Part shown: positions 38,008 to 50,698 of the stretch, piece after piece
How positions within the stretch are numbered: the first letter of the stretch is position 1
How the letters are laid out: each line of letters begins with the position of its first letter
Origin: Parasitella parasitica NRRL 2501
Lineage: Eukaryota > Fungi > Mucoromycota
NCBI GenBank assembly: GCA_025201805.1
Contig: MU619375.1
Coordinates: 6,828-70,827, forward strand
Length of the DNA: 64,000 nucleotides
Reading direction: 5' to 3'
The notes under the pieces: model-generated
The model's database searches: none
What the model saw: the letters and a program-made list of their open reading frames with translations, nothing else
What the model was told of the DNA's origin: nothing
Program-made: the position numbers and the translations under genes

Positions 38008-40529
38008 AATTGAATAAAAACTAGAGTGATTGCAGAAAGGTTTGATTGCTTTATCGTTGATATTATTAGATTGATATTAAAACAAAAGAGTGGGGTGATG
38101 ATTTGGTTTAAAAAAACACAATTAGCTTAACAGTGTTTCTCTTTGAGTCTGTCTCAAGAGCTACAGAGTAAGATTGATCCTTGAAATTGCTTTTTTTTAA
38201 TATAAAAAAAAAGAAGAGAAAAGGGCAAATGGGCAAAAGAATTGAGACGAAAAGAAAGATTGATGCTGGGGGTAAGGGTCAAAGTTACCTGGCAAATTGT
38301 TTTTCGCGGTATTCTAATACAATGGTATCACTTACCCTAATCAGATCTAGTTCAGCATGGATGTTCAACTTCATGCCCTTGTCATAATCTCTGATCTTGT
38401 TGTGGTTTAGAATAATGGGCAATCGAGCATAACTTTGATATATATATATATGTTAAGCTTATAGTTGTATTACTGATATTATAGGTAATGTACAAGGGAG
38501 GTTGAAACAACTGGCCAATTCAATTACACGAAATCGTTTCTTCCCTGGCCCCCTGAATACCAATGCAGTACCTGTCAAAAACAGCTTGCAGACTTATTAT
38601 ATTCAAAAGTAATAGAGATACCATAGACATTATAGCTGTGGTTATTGATGTATTCATAATACCAACTAGTGGAATTTATGAAGAAAAGTATAATCGGTTT
38701 GTGTTCTCATTTCAAATAAATTTATCCATTAATGCATATTTTAATGTTCAGGCTGTGAGGTTATCTGCTGATCAAAGTAAAAGTGTGACATTTGTAGTAG
38801 ACTTTGAGAAACGAGAGTATTAGAATATTGATATAAGAAAAACTAGTGTAATATAATTACCCTTCTAATTGTCGTTGCATCTGCTGAGATCTTTGTTCCA
38901 AAATCACGCCAAGAATATGACTATTTGCATCATCTTTCTATTTGCGCAAAATGATGTGATATGACAACTACTAGTTTCTCAATGAAAGCTGTTTATTCCA
39001 AAGGCTTGGATTATGTATCAAATGTTTTATTGCTTTATTTTGGTTCGAAAAGTTGGTAAATTCATATGGGTTTCTATGTTTAACAACTCTTTGTGAGAAA
39101 TGTGTAGTTACGACATTAATCTATGGGAGAAACAGTTGATAAACCTTCGACTTGGGTCCTCGCACCTATCGAAAATTGCAAATACTCTTAATTTTGAGGC
39201 GATGTATGCTCCCACAATCATTAAATATATCCAATATCCCAAATTCAAGAGTAAATTTACACACACGGCTTTAATTTGAAATGAAATAGATTTTTCCAAC
39301 TGTGGGCGAACATCTACAAAACTTTCAAATGCTCCTTTTTTTTCAACAGATAATGGTTTTTTGAACAAATTGACTCATGGATTATAAGACAAATTATTTT
39401 TATACGTGGTTCGCAAACAACGAGGGATAGACTTAAGAAACTGTGGTGTACCTTCATTTAGGTATTCTAAGGCTAAAAAGCACTTTTTTCAATGGGAAAC
39501 CTTATAACATAATCATTCCGTTGATTGGTGTGATAAATAAGGGTCAACAGGTGCATTTCATTTTGTACTTGTTGGTTGACATGATAAAAGGTGTTTATTT
39601 TTAATATACGAACTGGTTAGCTTGCCCACTCTGGTGATTTCTACGGTAAAAAATTGACCTTCGTTTACGTGGGGTCCATTTCGCCTTGCGAGGCTGCCAG
39701 TCTCCAAATTTAAATGAAATTTTTCTGCTTTCAAATGTATGTGGTCTCCAAAAAATTCCATAGTTAGCACTTAGTTGCTGTGGCAACCGTTTCTGATCGA
39801 AACCCAATAAATGCGGGTATTACCGGTTAAAAATCTATAAAAAAAAATATAGAAGGAATCATGGAATGTCTTGAATTTTAGTGTTGTATCCATAGAATAA
39901 ACATAATTACCATAATATTTCAATTCAGTTGTCATGGTAACTGTTCCTGATCGGATCTAAGGCTAAATGTCGCCGTATATTCTTTTCTATAGCAAACCAT
40001 GTAACATCGACTACAGACCAATGAATTCATTATTAAATATACTAAACTTTAGGGTGGCGTAAAACATGATGATGATATTTCTTGGGTTCATAGGGCAAGC
40101 ATCGTGGGTTCTTCTTCTATGACCTTCTCTCCCCAATATGTATATCTAGCAACTATTTGATCTAAGGATTATTTATTAATGTGTCTTTATTTGACAAATT
40201 AAAAACTCTTTCAAGATGACAGTAATGTGTTCTGCTTTCTGCCTCGCCTTGAATGTTTACTATTGTCTAAAGCAGATGTGACCGATCGCGGCTTTTTATA
40301 CAAGGAGTGATTTTTGCTTTTTAAGCCCTGAGACTGCAAGCTATCTTGCTAACTTTTAACTTATCAACTCCCTAATCATCTTACAAAAGTCAGATATAAA
40401 GAAAAGAAGTTATTGCTTCTGTATTCTTCTACAAGTAAATAAAAGACTATTTTATGTATGTATATATTCACAAAGCGAAAGGTAAACAAATATTGGTACA
40501 AGATTGATGAAAGCACAGAGACGCGGACT

Positions 40530-42067
40530 TTACTTTTTGGAAGCAATCATAGCAATGATTGCAGCACCAAGACCAGAACCATCTCTAGCAAGGTCAAACT
40601 TAACCTTGGAACGAGCCTGCTCACCAAGGATTTCAGATAAAGCCTGACCCATGTTCTTTTCGAAATTAGGATAAAACTCAAACAGAGAGCCGTCAATGGC
40701 AACAATGCACTCTTCACCAACCTTGCCAGTGTGCTTCATGACACCAGCAATGTGGCAAGAGGCAAGGCGAGCAGCACGGAGGCCGACAGTCTGACATAAT
40801 TTTTTGACAATTTGACGGTCAGCCAAGGTAGTGGAAGCAATATTAAGAACGGATTCCAAGATGTGGCCAGTATCAGACAAGTCAGAGGTCTCATCAACCT
40901 CAATGGTAGACATGTAGGCTGTCTCGAAGCTCCAAATCTTGTTCAATTCCCTGGAGGAACGGCCATCAAACAAGATTTGCTGATCAACCAAGTCAAGCAA
41001 TGCATTACGAGTGATCTCACCAAGGTACATGCCAGCCACTGTCTTTTCGTAGTACTGCTGGTAGACATTGATAGACTCACGATCCAGCTTGTTATCGTAG
41101 ACAGTCATAGGTAAGACACGACGTTCGCAATCGAAAGCACCGCATTCCATGTTGATAACCATCTCTTGGTTCTTGTCACCCGTCCATTTGTTCACCTTGC
41201 TCATATCTTCATAATACGACGCATTGAAGCCAGTGCCCATGATGACACCCATAGTAGTGTTTGGATGTTTATAGGCGTAGGCCATAAGTGTACCGACGGT
41301 GTCATTGACAATCTATTTTTTTTTTTAAAGAGAAAAAAAAAATAAGTTGGTGAGAAAATGTTTCACTTTTAATCCGCATAGCATTTGTTTGAAATATTTT
41401 AAAACCCTTCTCAAACATGATGTGTTAACTTACAGCAGCAATATTGACGTTGATGTTCTTGCGGCGGAAAGAATCTTGGAGAAGAATGGTGACATCCTTG
41501 CCAACAGCGCCAGAACAGTTGAAGCCTTTTGTCCATTGCTTCAAGACACCACGGTTAATGGAAGTTTGGAGAATAGGGAAAGAAAAGGTGTAGCCCAATT
41601 GAAGGGTACCATTGTCATCAGTGCCATTCTCGGTCAAGAAGCTGTCCACGCAGTCTGCGATGAAATCGCAGAGGTTACGCATAGGGCCAACTTTCAATTC
41701 CTCGGACACGACGTACTTTTGTTGGCGGATAGTGTGTTCACCGCCACCCAACAAGTTGACTTGGCATACACGCAAGTTGGTTCCTCCCAAATCAAGAGCC
41801 ATAAAATTACCTTTTTCTTCACCAGTACAACGACCAGAAACAAAGGAAGGGATCATGGCAACTAATTACAACCCGTCAATACCGAGAAAACCCCCGTTAA
41901 ACTGTATAAAACGTACCAGTAGCACCTTGATGATCCAAACCCTTTTCCATTTCAAGTACAAATTGCTCTGTAATCTTTTGTAAACGCTCAGTAGTAACAG
42001 TGAAACGGTCAGTGACGGTCTTGACAGCGACAGCTTGGGCCTCGGTGAAGTTTTCGGTGGGAGCCAT
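40530..42067 (-). CDS. Hexokinase/glucokinase
   Basis: ALDLGGTNLRV, LGYTFSFP, WTKGF, VNDTVGTL, GTGFNASY, INMECGAFD, DGSGLGAA. Confidence 0.95.
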
Positions 42068-42711
42068 GATGATGAAAAAAAAAAATGCAAAAGATATGTA
42101 TGAAGAAGAAAAAAAGGTTGGGAATCAATGGAAATCACTTGGCTTTTTATATGTGAGGGGTGATGCTATCCTAAAAAGGAAATAAAGTGTGGGTGGGCTC
42201 ACTTTCCTTTTTTTTTCTACCGAGACACACGGAACACTGAATTGTAAAATGCGGGTAAAAAATAGTAGAAAAAATGATGGTTTTCCAAGTTTTTCCTGGA
42301 AGTTTTTCTCCATGCCACGACATTCGATTAAAAAAAAAAAGGAGCCAATTCAATTTATTCCATGTAACATTTAATAGAATATTGCTTGTTGTCATCAAAT
42401 ATCACTGCTATGCAGAAAAATTCTGACACGCCCAAGAAGTTAAGACTACACAAAGCGCTTTCAAATATAGAATAGGGAAGTCCGTTTTTGAATGCAGATG
42501 GCTAAAATCATGTTAGATGATTTCCAATCCTTCCCGAGTACGATAGATGTTATCTTGGGTTATATAGCATTTGCATGAATTTGTTTAAGCTCAAAGAAAA
42601 ATTAACGCTCAAAATGAGCGGCATTTAACACACAACAGTAACTGAGAATGAGTGTATATCAAAGCTTGTGAAATATATTGGGTATACTTGCAACAATGAC
42701 ATCGATTCATT

Positions 42712-43520
42712 TCAGAAAATGGCATTAATCCAACCATAGTTCACAATATAATGCTCGCAAAAGTTGATGTATAGGGTTGATATTGCTTGTTCATCAGTTG
42801 GGGTTTTTAAATTGTATGTAAACCAAGCCTCCAAAGGTGCCCGCAGGCATATTTCGACGTAAAACGTCTGCAGGGAGGTCATTCTCGTTATAGCGAATAA
42901 CACGATCTCCGAGCAAGTGAACTCTTTGTGCATGGAAAGTGACAACAACCTCCAGCAAGCCTCTGCTGCAATACTTTTACGAAACTTTTTCAACAAAGCA
43001 AGGTGACGGATACATGTGAATAAATCGTCAGAGAAACGTTTGAGATTGCTGTAAAGTGAAATGTCATGATTAACACAGTTCGCATAGAATCCACGATCGA
43101 GAAGGTGTAAGGTACATGCGTTGGGTTGTAAGCCAAAGCTTTGTAAACGTTGTAAACTGAAGGAACGTTTTTTATAAGTTTACCTGAGGTTACAGTGTCA
43201 TCAATGGTACATTTTGCCTCAGCTGCAAGCTTTAATTTGTCGCTCACAACTTTTCCAAAGTTAGCTGATTCTCTAGTCGATTCTATGTGACAAGTGTCAA
43301 TGGTTTTGGAGACTTGAAAGACAATCCTCCCATCGACCTTGCATCCCATTATTGTGTGAACTCTTTTACTGCTGTTGCTGCGTTGGACCTCCGTGGTGGA
43401 TTCAGTGGCATTTTAAGAAAAAGAATTTTTTTCATCACCAACCCACTGATCATTCTTGAATATCTAACTGAAGTCGAGAATACCATTAAGGCAGAAACCG
43501 CAAAGGGCCTCTTCTTCATT
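42712..43520 (-). pseudogene. Degenerate gene of a Mucorales-expanded hypothetical family, possibly PD-(D/E)XK-like
   Basis: WVGD..*..IMGCKVDGRIV..DTCHIESTR..KVVSDKLKLAAEAKCTID, with stops and frameshifts; family resemblance recalled, not searched. Confidence 0.4.
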
Positions 43521-43899
43521 TGATAGATTTTGATAGTTTGCGAATAGCTTTTTGCCGTGCGATTTTAATATTAAAGCAATTGACAGACCATCGAAAAAGA
43601 TTAGGCTGTCTCCTTCAACTACATTCTAAAATTGAAAGAAAAAATTAGGATACATGGATTATGTAAATAAATATTATCACATATATGTTCAGAGGAAGCG
43701 GATCTCGATGTTGAAGCATGACTTGATTCTGCTTTGTTGTCCAATGCTTTTTGATACTCGGCTTGTCTCAATAATTTGTTACAATATTCCTAGCGCTCAT
43801 TATACTATACCTAGAACTCGTCAACCTCTTGGGCATTTTATACTGTAATATATACGTATAAAAAAAAATGCATAAGATTAGTCTATATACAAATCAAAT

Positions 43900-45290
43900 T
43901 CAAATTTATGTTGCAGGAATATTATTTTCAAGCTGTTCTTGGATCCAGTTGGTGGCTTCAACATCGGCTACATCAAACTTGAATATGGCATGTTTCCTGG
44001 GGCTAAGTCGTTTACAAATCTTCGTAACATTGACGGTGAGTTGTATCACACTTTTCAAACTGCCACACGCGTTCTAGGATTTTTGGCAGATGCTACTGAA
44101 TGGTCTGCAGCTATGACTGAGGCGTCTTTGTCGCAAATTCCAACTTCTTTGAGAAAGCTATTCTGCATTTTGATCGCATTAAGTGGTGTATCTGATCCCT
44201 ATCAATTATGCTTAGATCATAAAAAAAGTATAGATGAGGATTACCTCCTTGCGCGTCAACGAAGTCCAAAGTGCCAGACGAGAAAGTGATATTGCGGTTG
44301 CTGGGGCATCGAGTGGAACTGTTGCATTGTTACTCAAAGGCGGACGTACTGCTCACTTTACCTTTAAGATACCTTTAAAAGTAGCCAACACTAGCATGTA
44401 TGACGTCTCGCCTCGGTCTAACATAGCATCATTTATCCAAAGAGCAAACACTATTGTTTAGGACGAATGCTCAATGATCAGCAAGAACTTTAAAGCAGCG
44501 GTTGATCGCTCATTTCGTGATTAAGTGAACGTCGGCCTTTCTTTCGGTGCCTTCTCTTGGTTTTTGATGGAAATTTTCGTCAGGTTTTGCGAATAATCCG
44601 TGGAGCCAGCAGATTGGTTATTGTTTGGCAGTGCTTCTTGAACAAAGCCAGCTTTTGGCCATTGGTAATCTCAATGCGATTGCGTTCAAATATGGGAGTT
44701 CAACAGACTCTTCAAACTGACAATCCAAGTCTTGCTAATGAACTTCAACAATTTGCTAATTATCTACTTCAGTTTGGTCAAGATACTGTTTCTACAATTA
44801 GTCTGCCCAGAGACATACCTTCAGATTTTATTCAAATTCCTGAGGAGATGCTCGTATCTGGAGATAATTCGATTAATTTGATAAGAAGCATATTCTTCGA
44901 TATTGTCACTGTGGCTAACAGTCTTGATTACTCTGTTGGGAGGGCCACCTTGACTGCAAGAAACAGAGATGTCAAGGTGATAAACGATATATACTCTTGG
45001 AGTGCATTCAAGGGCGCAAAATGTCGTACGTCAGTAGTGATCAAGCCTGCGAAGATGAATCTCAATTGACAATGTCGGTTGAGATACTTAACACCACCGA
45101 AAATGGGACTTTGCCTTTCCATGTTCTTGATTTGAAAATTGGCGCAATCAGAAATATTGATCCTGCTGGTGACTTCTGCAATGGTACGAGGTTAACCGTC
45201 GTTAACTCATTGATGACGAGTGTCATCGAAGCAATCATTGCTACCGGGCCCAATGGTGGCAACATTGACGTTCTTGATTTAACATAAAAT
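43900..45290 (+). mobile_element. Helitron RepHel relic 1 (Pif1 helicase, disrupted)
   Basis: GAKSFTNLRNIDGELYHTFQ, ASSGTVALLLKGGRTAHFTFKIPL, DECSMI, GNFRQVL, LTARNRDV, LPFHVLDLKIG, FCNGTRL; stops, frameshifts, Walker A region deleted. Confidence 0.88.
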
Positions 45291-46299
45291 GGAGTCATTC
45301 CAAAACGCTTCAAGTTTGTAATTCAAGATATATGCTCCAATTATAACATGTTGCTTGCCTTGAAACTGCAAGATGAAGAGTATCAAGTTATACAAAGAAT
45401 CAGCAGCTGCCAAACCAAAGAGCGATTATATAATGCAGAAAATGACATAAATCCTTATATAATACTTTAGAACTTTCTTACATCAGATTGGCCACACAAA
45501 AACTGTTAGTATATAGCTTGGTTAATTGCTATTTTATTGATATATCACCCCCAACCAGATGCAATATTCTATACAGCGATGTTTTTATACCAGAGCATCG
45601 CAAGGATTGGTATAGGACAAATGTATATGGCGACCTTTTTGACTTTATTTTCAGTGTCAAATCTGATTATGAGACGAAACGGTAAGACTAATACATCTAA
45701 AAAGGAAGTATCCTAAATTTCTGTCTTTTAGTTCTGAATGCCATTCTCAAGTAATTAGATCACTGCGAACAATGGGAATCTTACCTCCACAACAGAAAAA
45801 CGTTAAACTGGATTTTATTTTCAATCATGCAGCTGGTTTGAACGATGGTTTCTCCTGCGAGGGTAAACCGACATCTAAAAAAAAAGTGTCAAGGATAACA
45901 AAAAGGCAAAGGACATGGAACCAAAATGGATTGGGCTGCATGCTATGGAGCTGGGGAAAACACTGGTCTATTCAGCAAATACACATCACTGAAGAGTGTA
46001 CAAGCGGTTGTAAATAAAAAGAATAAACACGCTTTTCATACCGCAAAGTGTGGGCAGATAGTTGTTTTATTTATAGAATGATAAATGCGACGTTATCTTG
46101 AAATTAATGAAAGCATGATTAAACTTCTTATAGGCTTTATTAGGTTGAAAAATCTTTGAAAAATCTTAATATGCTCAGTTCGAATAGCAGAGAAGAGAAT
46201 AGGATATAACATATTTATTATGAGCTTTGATAGCTTAAAATTAATTTTAGCTATTAGATGGTCATCTTGCGGAAGAGAGGGCCATAGCAAAATCACTCA

Positions 46300-46973
46300 T
46301 AGAAAGTATGCTATGAACCCAATTAATACCGCCATTGATCCTCCAGAAATGATGAACGCCATTGACGTTGGTGGTCTTCCTCCTCATCTACTTAAACTTA
46401 AACTGCATTGTTCTATCATCCTGCTGAAAAATATTAGCCCTTCTACCGGTCTTTGTAATGGTACAAAGATCGATTATCGAGGCCCTCATCCCAAAAGTTA
46501 TTTCTGCAAGAATCATCTCAGGTCCCAAAATTGGTGAACTGGTTCTTATTCCAAAAAACCTCTTTGAATTCTCCTAATGAATCCCCTATCAACTTCCAAA
46601 GACATCATTCTCGGATTAGGCTCGCCTTCGCAATGTCTGTAAGCAAGGCTCAGGGACAAACTTTGCAAAAGGTGGATTTATACCTTCCACCAAAGCCTGT
46701 ATTTTCTCGTGGACAATTATACGTTGCTCTCTCGAGAGTCCAATTACGCCTGGCTCTACAAAAGCTCTGATAGAGCAATCTGAAGATGAGAAGCAAAAAC
46801 GAATTCCACCCAATTGCACGCGAAATGCCATCTTTACCAAAGTCTTCAATTAATGGCACCACACTATTTCCTCTTTTAATTTCATTTATTTCGGAGATGG
46901 ACCCCGCGTAAACGAAGGTCGTAGCGTAGCAAAGGTCCAGAAATCGCCAGAGTGGGCGGGGGTGATCTGCTCG
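46300..46973 (+). mobile_element. Helitron relic 2: Pif1 C-terminus plus putative 3' terminus
   Basis: GLPPHLLKLK, GLCNGT, AFAMSVSKAQGQTL, VFSRGQLYVALSRV; then GC-rich hairpins and ...GGGCGGGGGTGATCTGCTCG|T. Confidence 0.85.
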
Positions 46974-47073
46974 TTTCGATGTATAAATTGTTTACGAAAT
47001 CAAAACAAAACCCTTTTTTTTTTAACGTTTTTTGTTTTGTTTTCTGTATTGTTTTTGTTCTGTTATAAAGAAA

Positions 47074-48857
47074 ATGAGCTTTCTCTTACGGCCTTTAGCA
47101 AGGCATGCCAGGTTTTATTCTACTAAAACCTTGGTTCAACTGGAAAATGCTCAGGTCTACCGTTACGGAGTCAAGGAACCGGCTTTCAAGAACCTCTCCC
47201 TGATAATGAAAGATGACCAGCGTCTAGTAATTGTTGGTCCTGTCAGTGCAGGAAAAACAACATTGGCTGAAGTATATGCCAAAGCTTATATTTTTTTTGA
47301 CATTGGGGAAAATGGACTACTAACGATCTTAAATTGTAGACAATCGCAGGTCGACACTCTATTCAACCTCTTGGTGCCGGAAAATGGCCTATTATTGACC
47401 CTTCTTTATCGCCTTATGCATCAGACCATGTCCATTTAGTTTCGTTCAAGGAGAATTCTGGCACGTTTTCTTACAGCAAGCATTATTACCAGGAGCGCTT
47501 CAATTTCAGGTAAATTTGTAAAGCAGAGGGATCTCGGGTCTGATGTTGATAGTCCATATAACACGTAGCGACCCAGACAATGATTTGACTTTGCAGCAAT
47601 ACTTGAATGGTGGTGGTGAAATAGACAACCCCCAAGACATACAAAAAATTGCACAACAGCTGAATATCGATCATTTGCTGAAGCTCTCGTTTGTCAAACT
47701 GTCGAACGGTCAAACAAGACGCGCACGCATTGCAAAAGCACTGTTGAAAAAGCCATCCATGCTCGTATTAGATGAGCCCTTAAGTAAGTGTTGCCCATCT
47801 GTGCAAATAGTGCATTCCAAGTTCTGAAGGAATTTTTTTTTTTATTATTTGCACAAAAGTGGGTTTAGACGTTCAACATCGCCAGCATTTATTAAAAGTG
47901 CTGGGTAATCTGACCACCGAGTCGTCCGTGCCCGTTGTTCTCGTTTTGCGTCCTCAAGATGAGTTCCCTTCCTGGGCGACTGATGTGATTGAATTGAGGA
48001 ACATGGCCATTCAATGGAAAGGAAACCCGTCAGAGTATCAAGAAAGAAGAGCTATACAACTCGAGTCTGTAAAATCAGACAACACCTCTGTACAGACTGT
48101 GGATACGAGCAACAATGAGCCCATCGTTGAAATGAAGAACGTCAAGGTTACTTACAGCGGCAACCCTATTTTGCGCGACATAACTTGGACTGTAAGGAAG
48201 GGTGAGCGCTGGGCACTGCTGGGGCCAAATGGCTCAGGCAAAACAACCCTTTTGTCCTTCCTGACCGGTGATCATCCTCAGGCTTATGCAAACGAGTTGT
48301 CCTTATTTGGCCGTCGTCGTGGCACAGGCGAATCCATTTGGGAAATCAAACAACGAGTAGGATTGGTCAGCCCTGAAATCCATTTATACTTTAATCAGAA
48401 TCTGACAGCTTTGGAAGCTGCAGGTACAGGATTTTTCGATGTCGTCGTCCCTCGATCCATCAATCAAGATCAAACTCGCACCATTAGACGTCTATTCGCA
48501 GAGTTTGGCATCGATGCCATGTTGAACCGAAAACTACAGGATATGTCTACAGGCGAGCAACGCATGGTTTTACTTGTGCGATCTTTGGTAAGCGTCTAAA
48601 ATGCACCACTAATATATATATATTTATAAAGGCCTATTCATTTACGCTGTAAATAGGTGAAAATGCCCGATTTGATCATCTGGGATGAGCCTTTCCAGGG
48701 ACTAGATGATACAATGATCCACAATGTGAATGGGTGGTTGGAGCAGCACATGAGGCCTGATCAAACACTTATTATGGTAAGCCATCATGAAGAAGAGATA
48801 CCCAGCGCAGTCAGCAAACGATTCAAACTTGGTCCAGGAGGAGTCCAGGTCAAGTAA
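47074..48857 (+). CDS. Soluble twin-NBD ABC ATPase, ModF/YDR061W-like, with predicted mitochondrial presequence
   Basis: GPVSAGKTT, LSNGQ, LVLDEP; GPNGSGKTT, GDHPQAY, GESIWEIK, MSTGEQ, IWDEP; N-terminus MSFLLRPLARHARFYS; no TM segments. Confidence 0.88.
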
Positions 48858-48995
48858 ACCCTTTTATGATTATTATTATTGTTATTATTATTATTATTAT
48901 TATGCGGTATCATGACATGTATTTATAAAAAGATAAAGAAGGATATATAGTACAGAAAATCTAATCTAATAATGTACAAAGATGCAAACAGTGCG

Positions 48996-50104
48996 CTATT
49001 CGTCCAATCGCTGCTGCAATAATTTATAACCTTTGTGCCATTCCTTAAGCTGTTCAAGAACGATAAACGTTACAATTGTATGAGGTCCCAGTCTAACAAA
49101 AGCAGGCATCCATCCGCGGAATAAAGACCCAATACCCTCTGTCTTGATCATGTGGGCCATGATTTTAATAGGGTGTCTGCCATCGTGCAAATGCGCACTC
49201 ATTATACGAGTTTTGACAACATCCAGAGGCGAACACACTGTGGTCGCCACCAATCCCTACATGTATCAAAACGGATCAGCCAAAGTGACTCTCAGGACAC
49301 ATGCAGCCAACTTACCGCTAATAGGCTTGATGCGAAATGGGTCATTAAGCCATCATGAAAATGCATCCTATCAATGAACGCTTGCTTGAACATATCATAA
49401 CTGGACATTTGTGACACCGTAATAAGGATTGCTCGATGTGTACTAGATCCAATGCCTCTTAAAAGCACTCTAGGCTTTTCCTCACGACAGATCCTAACCA
49501 TACCATCCAACACATTTTTATAGTTTCTTCTTTGATTGGGTGGTAATTGTCCGTCGTTCTGCATACGCACATTCACAACATCGCTGGGGTTCCCGAATGC
49601 TCCTCCCAGTGCACCTGCCATGGTCGAGCAAAAGAGCAATTGCCGAACCGTAGGCTCTGTGGTCGGTATTAGTTACAACCATCGTTAAATCAGCAAATAG
49701 TCCGTAAACTCACTTTGGTCTCCAGCTACAGACCATTTGAACTGGTCGTATAATCCAAATCGGATAGTTGAATAGGTACCTTGTCTTAGCAGACTAGCAG
49801 ATAAACCGCTGTACAGGGCTTGAATTCCTTCCGTCTTACTGATTGTCCACATTGTCTTGAACATGCGAGACGGACTTAGCAGCTTGAATTCTGACCATGC
49901 CGAACTGTTCTCGACCCGCAATGTTTGAAGCCTGACTTTTGCCAAGTCAAATGGATGAGAGACAAACGTAGCAAGGCACGATGCTGCTCCTCCAAACCAA
50001 AACGGTGACTGTATTGATTCTGCTTTTTTAATAGTAGTAGCGTTTGAAGACGGAATGTTGACTGTTGCTGTTGAATGGGTGGTCGAAGGTCTAACCACAA
50101 GCAT
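48996..50104 (-). CDS. DIC1: Mitochondrial dicarboxylate carrier (SLC25A10-like)
   Basis: PFWFGG, HPFDLAKVRLQ, RQGTYSTIRFGLY, NPSDVVNVRMQND, SPLDVVKTRIM, RLGPHT. Confidence 0.9.
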
Positions 50105-50126
50105 TGTATTCTGGTTATTAAAGTGG

Positions 50127-50163
<37 letters not shown>

Positions 50164-50698
50164 CAAATGTACGGGGTATCTAAAATTGTCAAAATATATA
50201 GGTACATTAGCCCAGGATCAAGCCTAGCCCGTCACGATAGTGGCACATTTGTTGCACGAATTGTAACCTCCATTGAATGGTATCCCGAGATTCTGTGATT
50301 AACGTTGAAATGACAGGTTTGCGTGAGAATGTAAAATGTTGAAATCATATGTTTATCTCAATTTATATGGAGAATACTCGGCTTTTCACTAGATGCACAT
50401 TTTTACCATCAGCAGCGACAAAAGTTCATTTTTGTTACATGATGTTGCAAAAAAAGATCATCAGGGGCTCCTTCTCGTTTGATCGCTCAATTGATTGTTG
50501 TACGCTGTATTAGACTTGACTTTCAAAGCGCCTCTGTTTGGACTAGGCTCATATCTTACTTTGAAAGGATTAGTCAATCACACATTGATAATCTGTTCTA
50601 ACCTAGGGCATAAACGGCTCGACACAAGTAAGACTCATTATAATGTATTGGCACGTTTATTTTAGGAATTAAAAGAGAATAGTATAATCAAGTTCATT

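Noticed and set aside
38400-40400. AT-rich 2-kb intergenic region with short ORFs
   Set aside because: No supportable homology, repeats or RNA structure seen.
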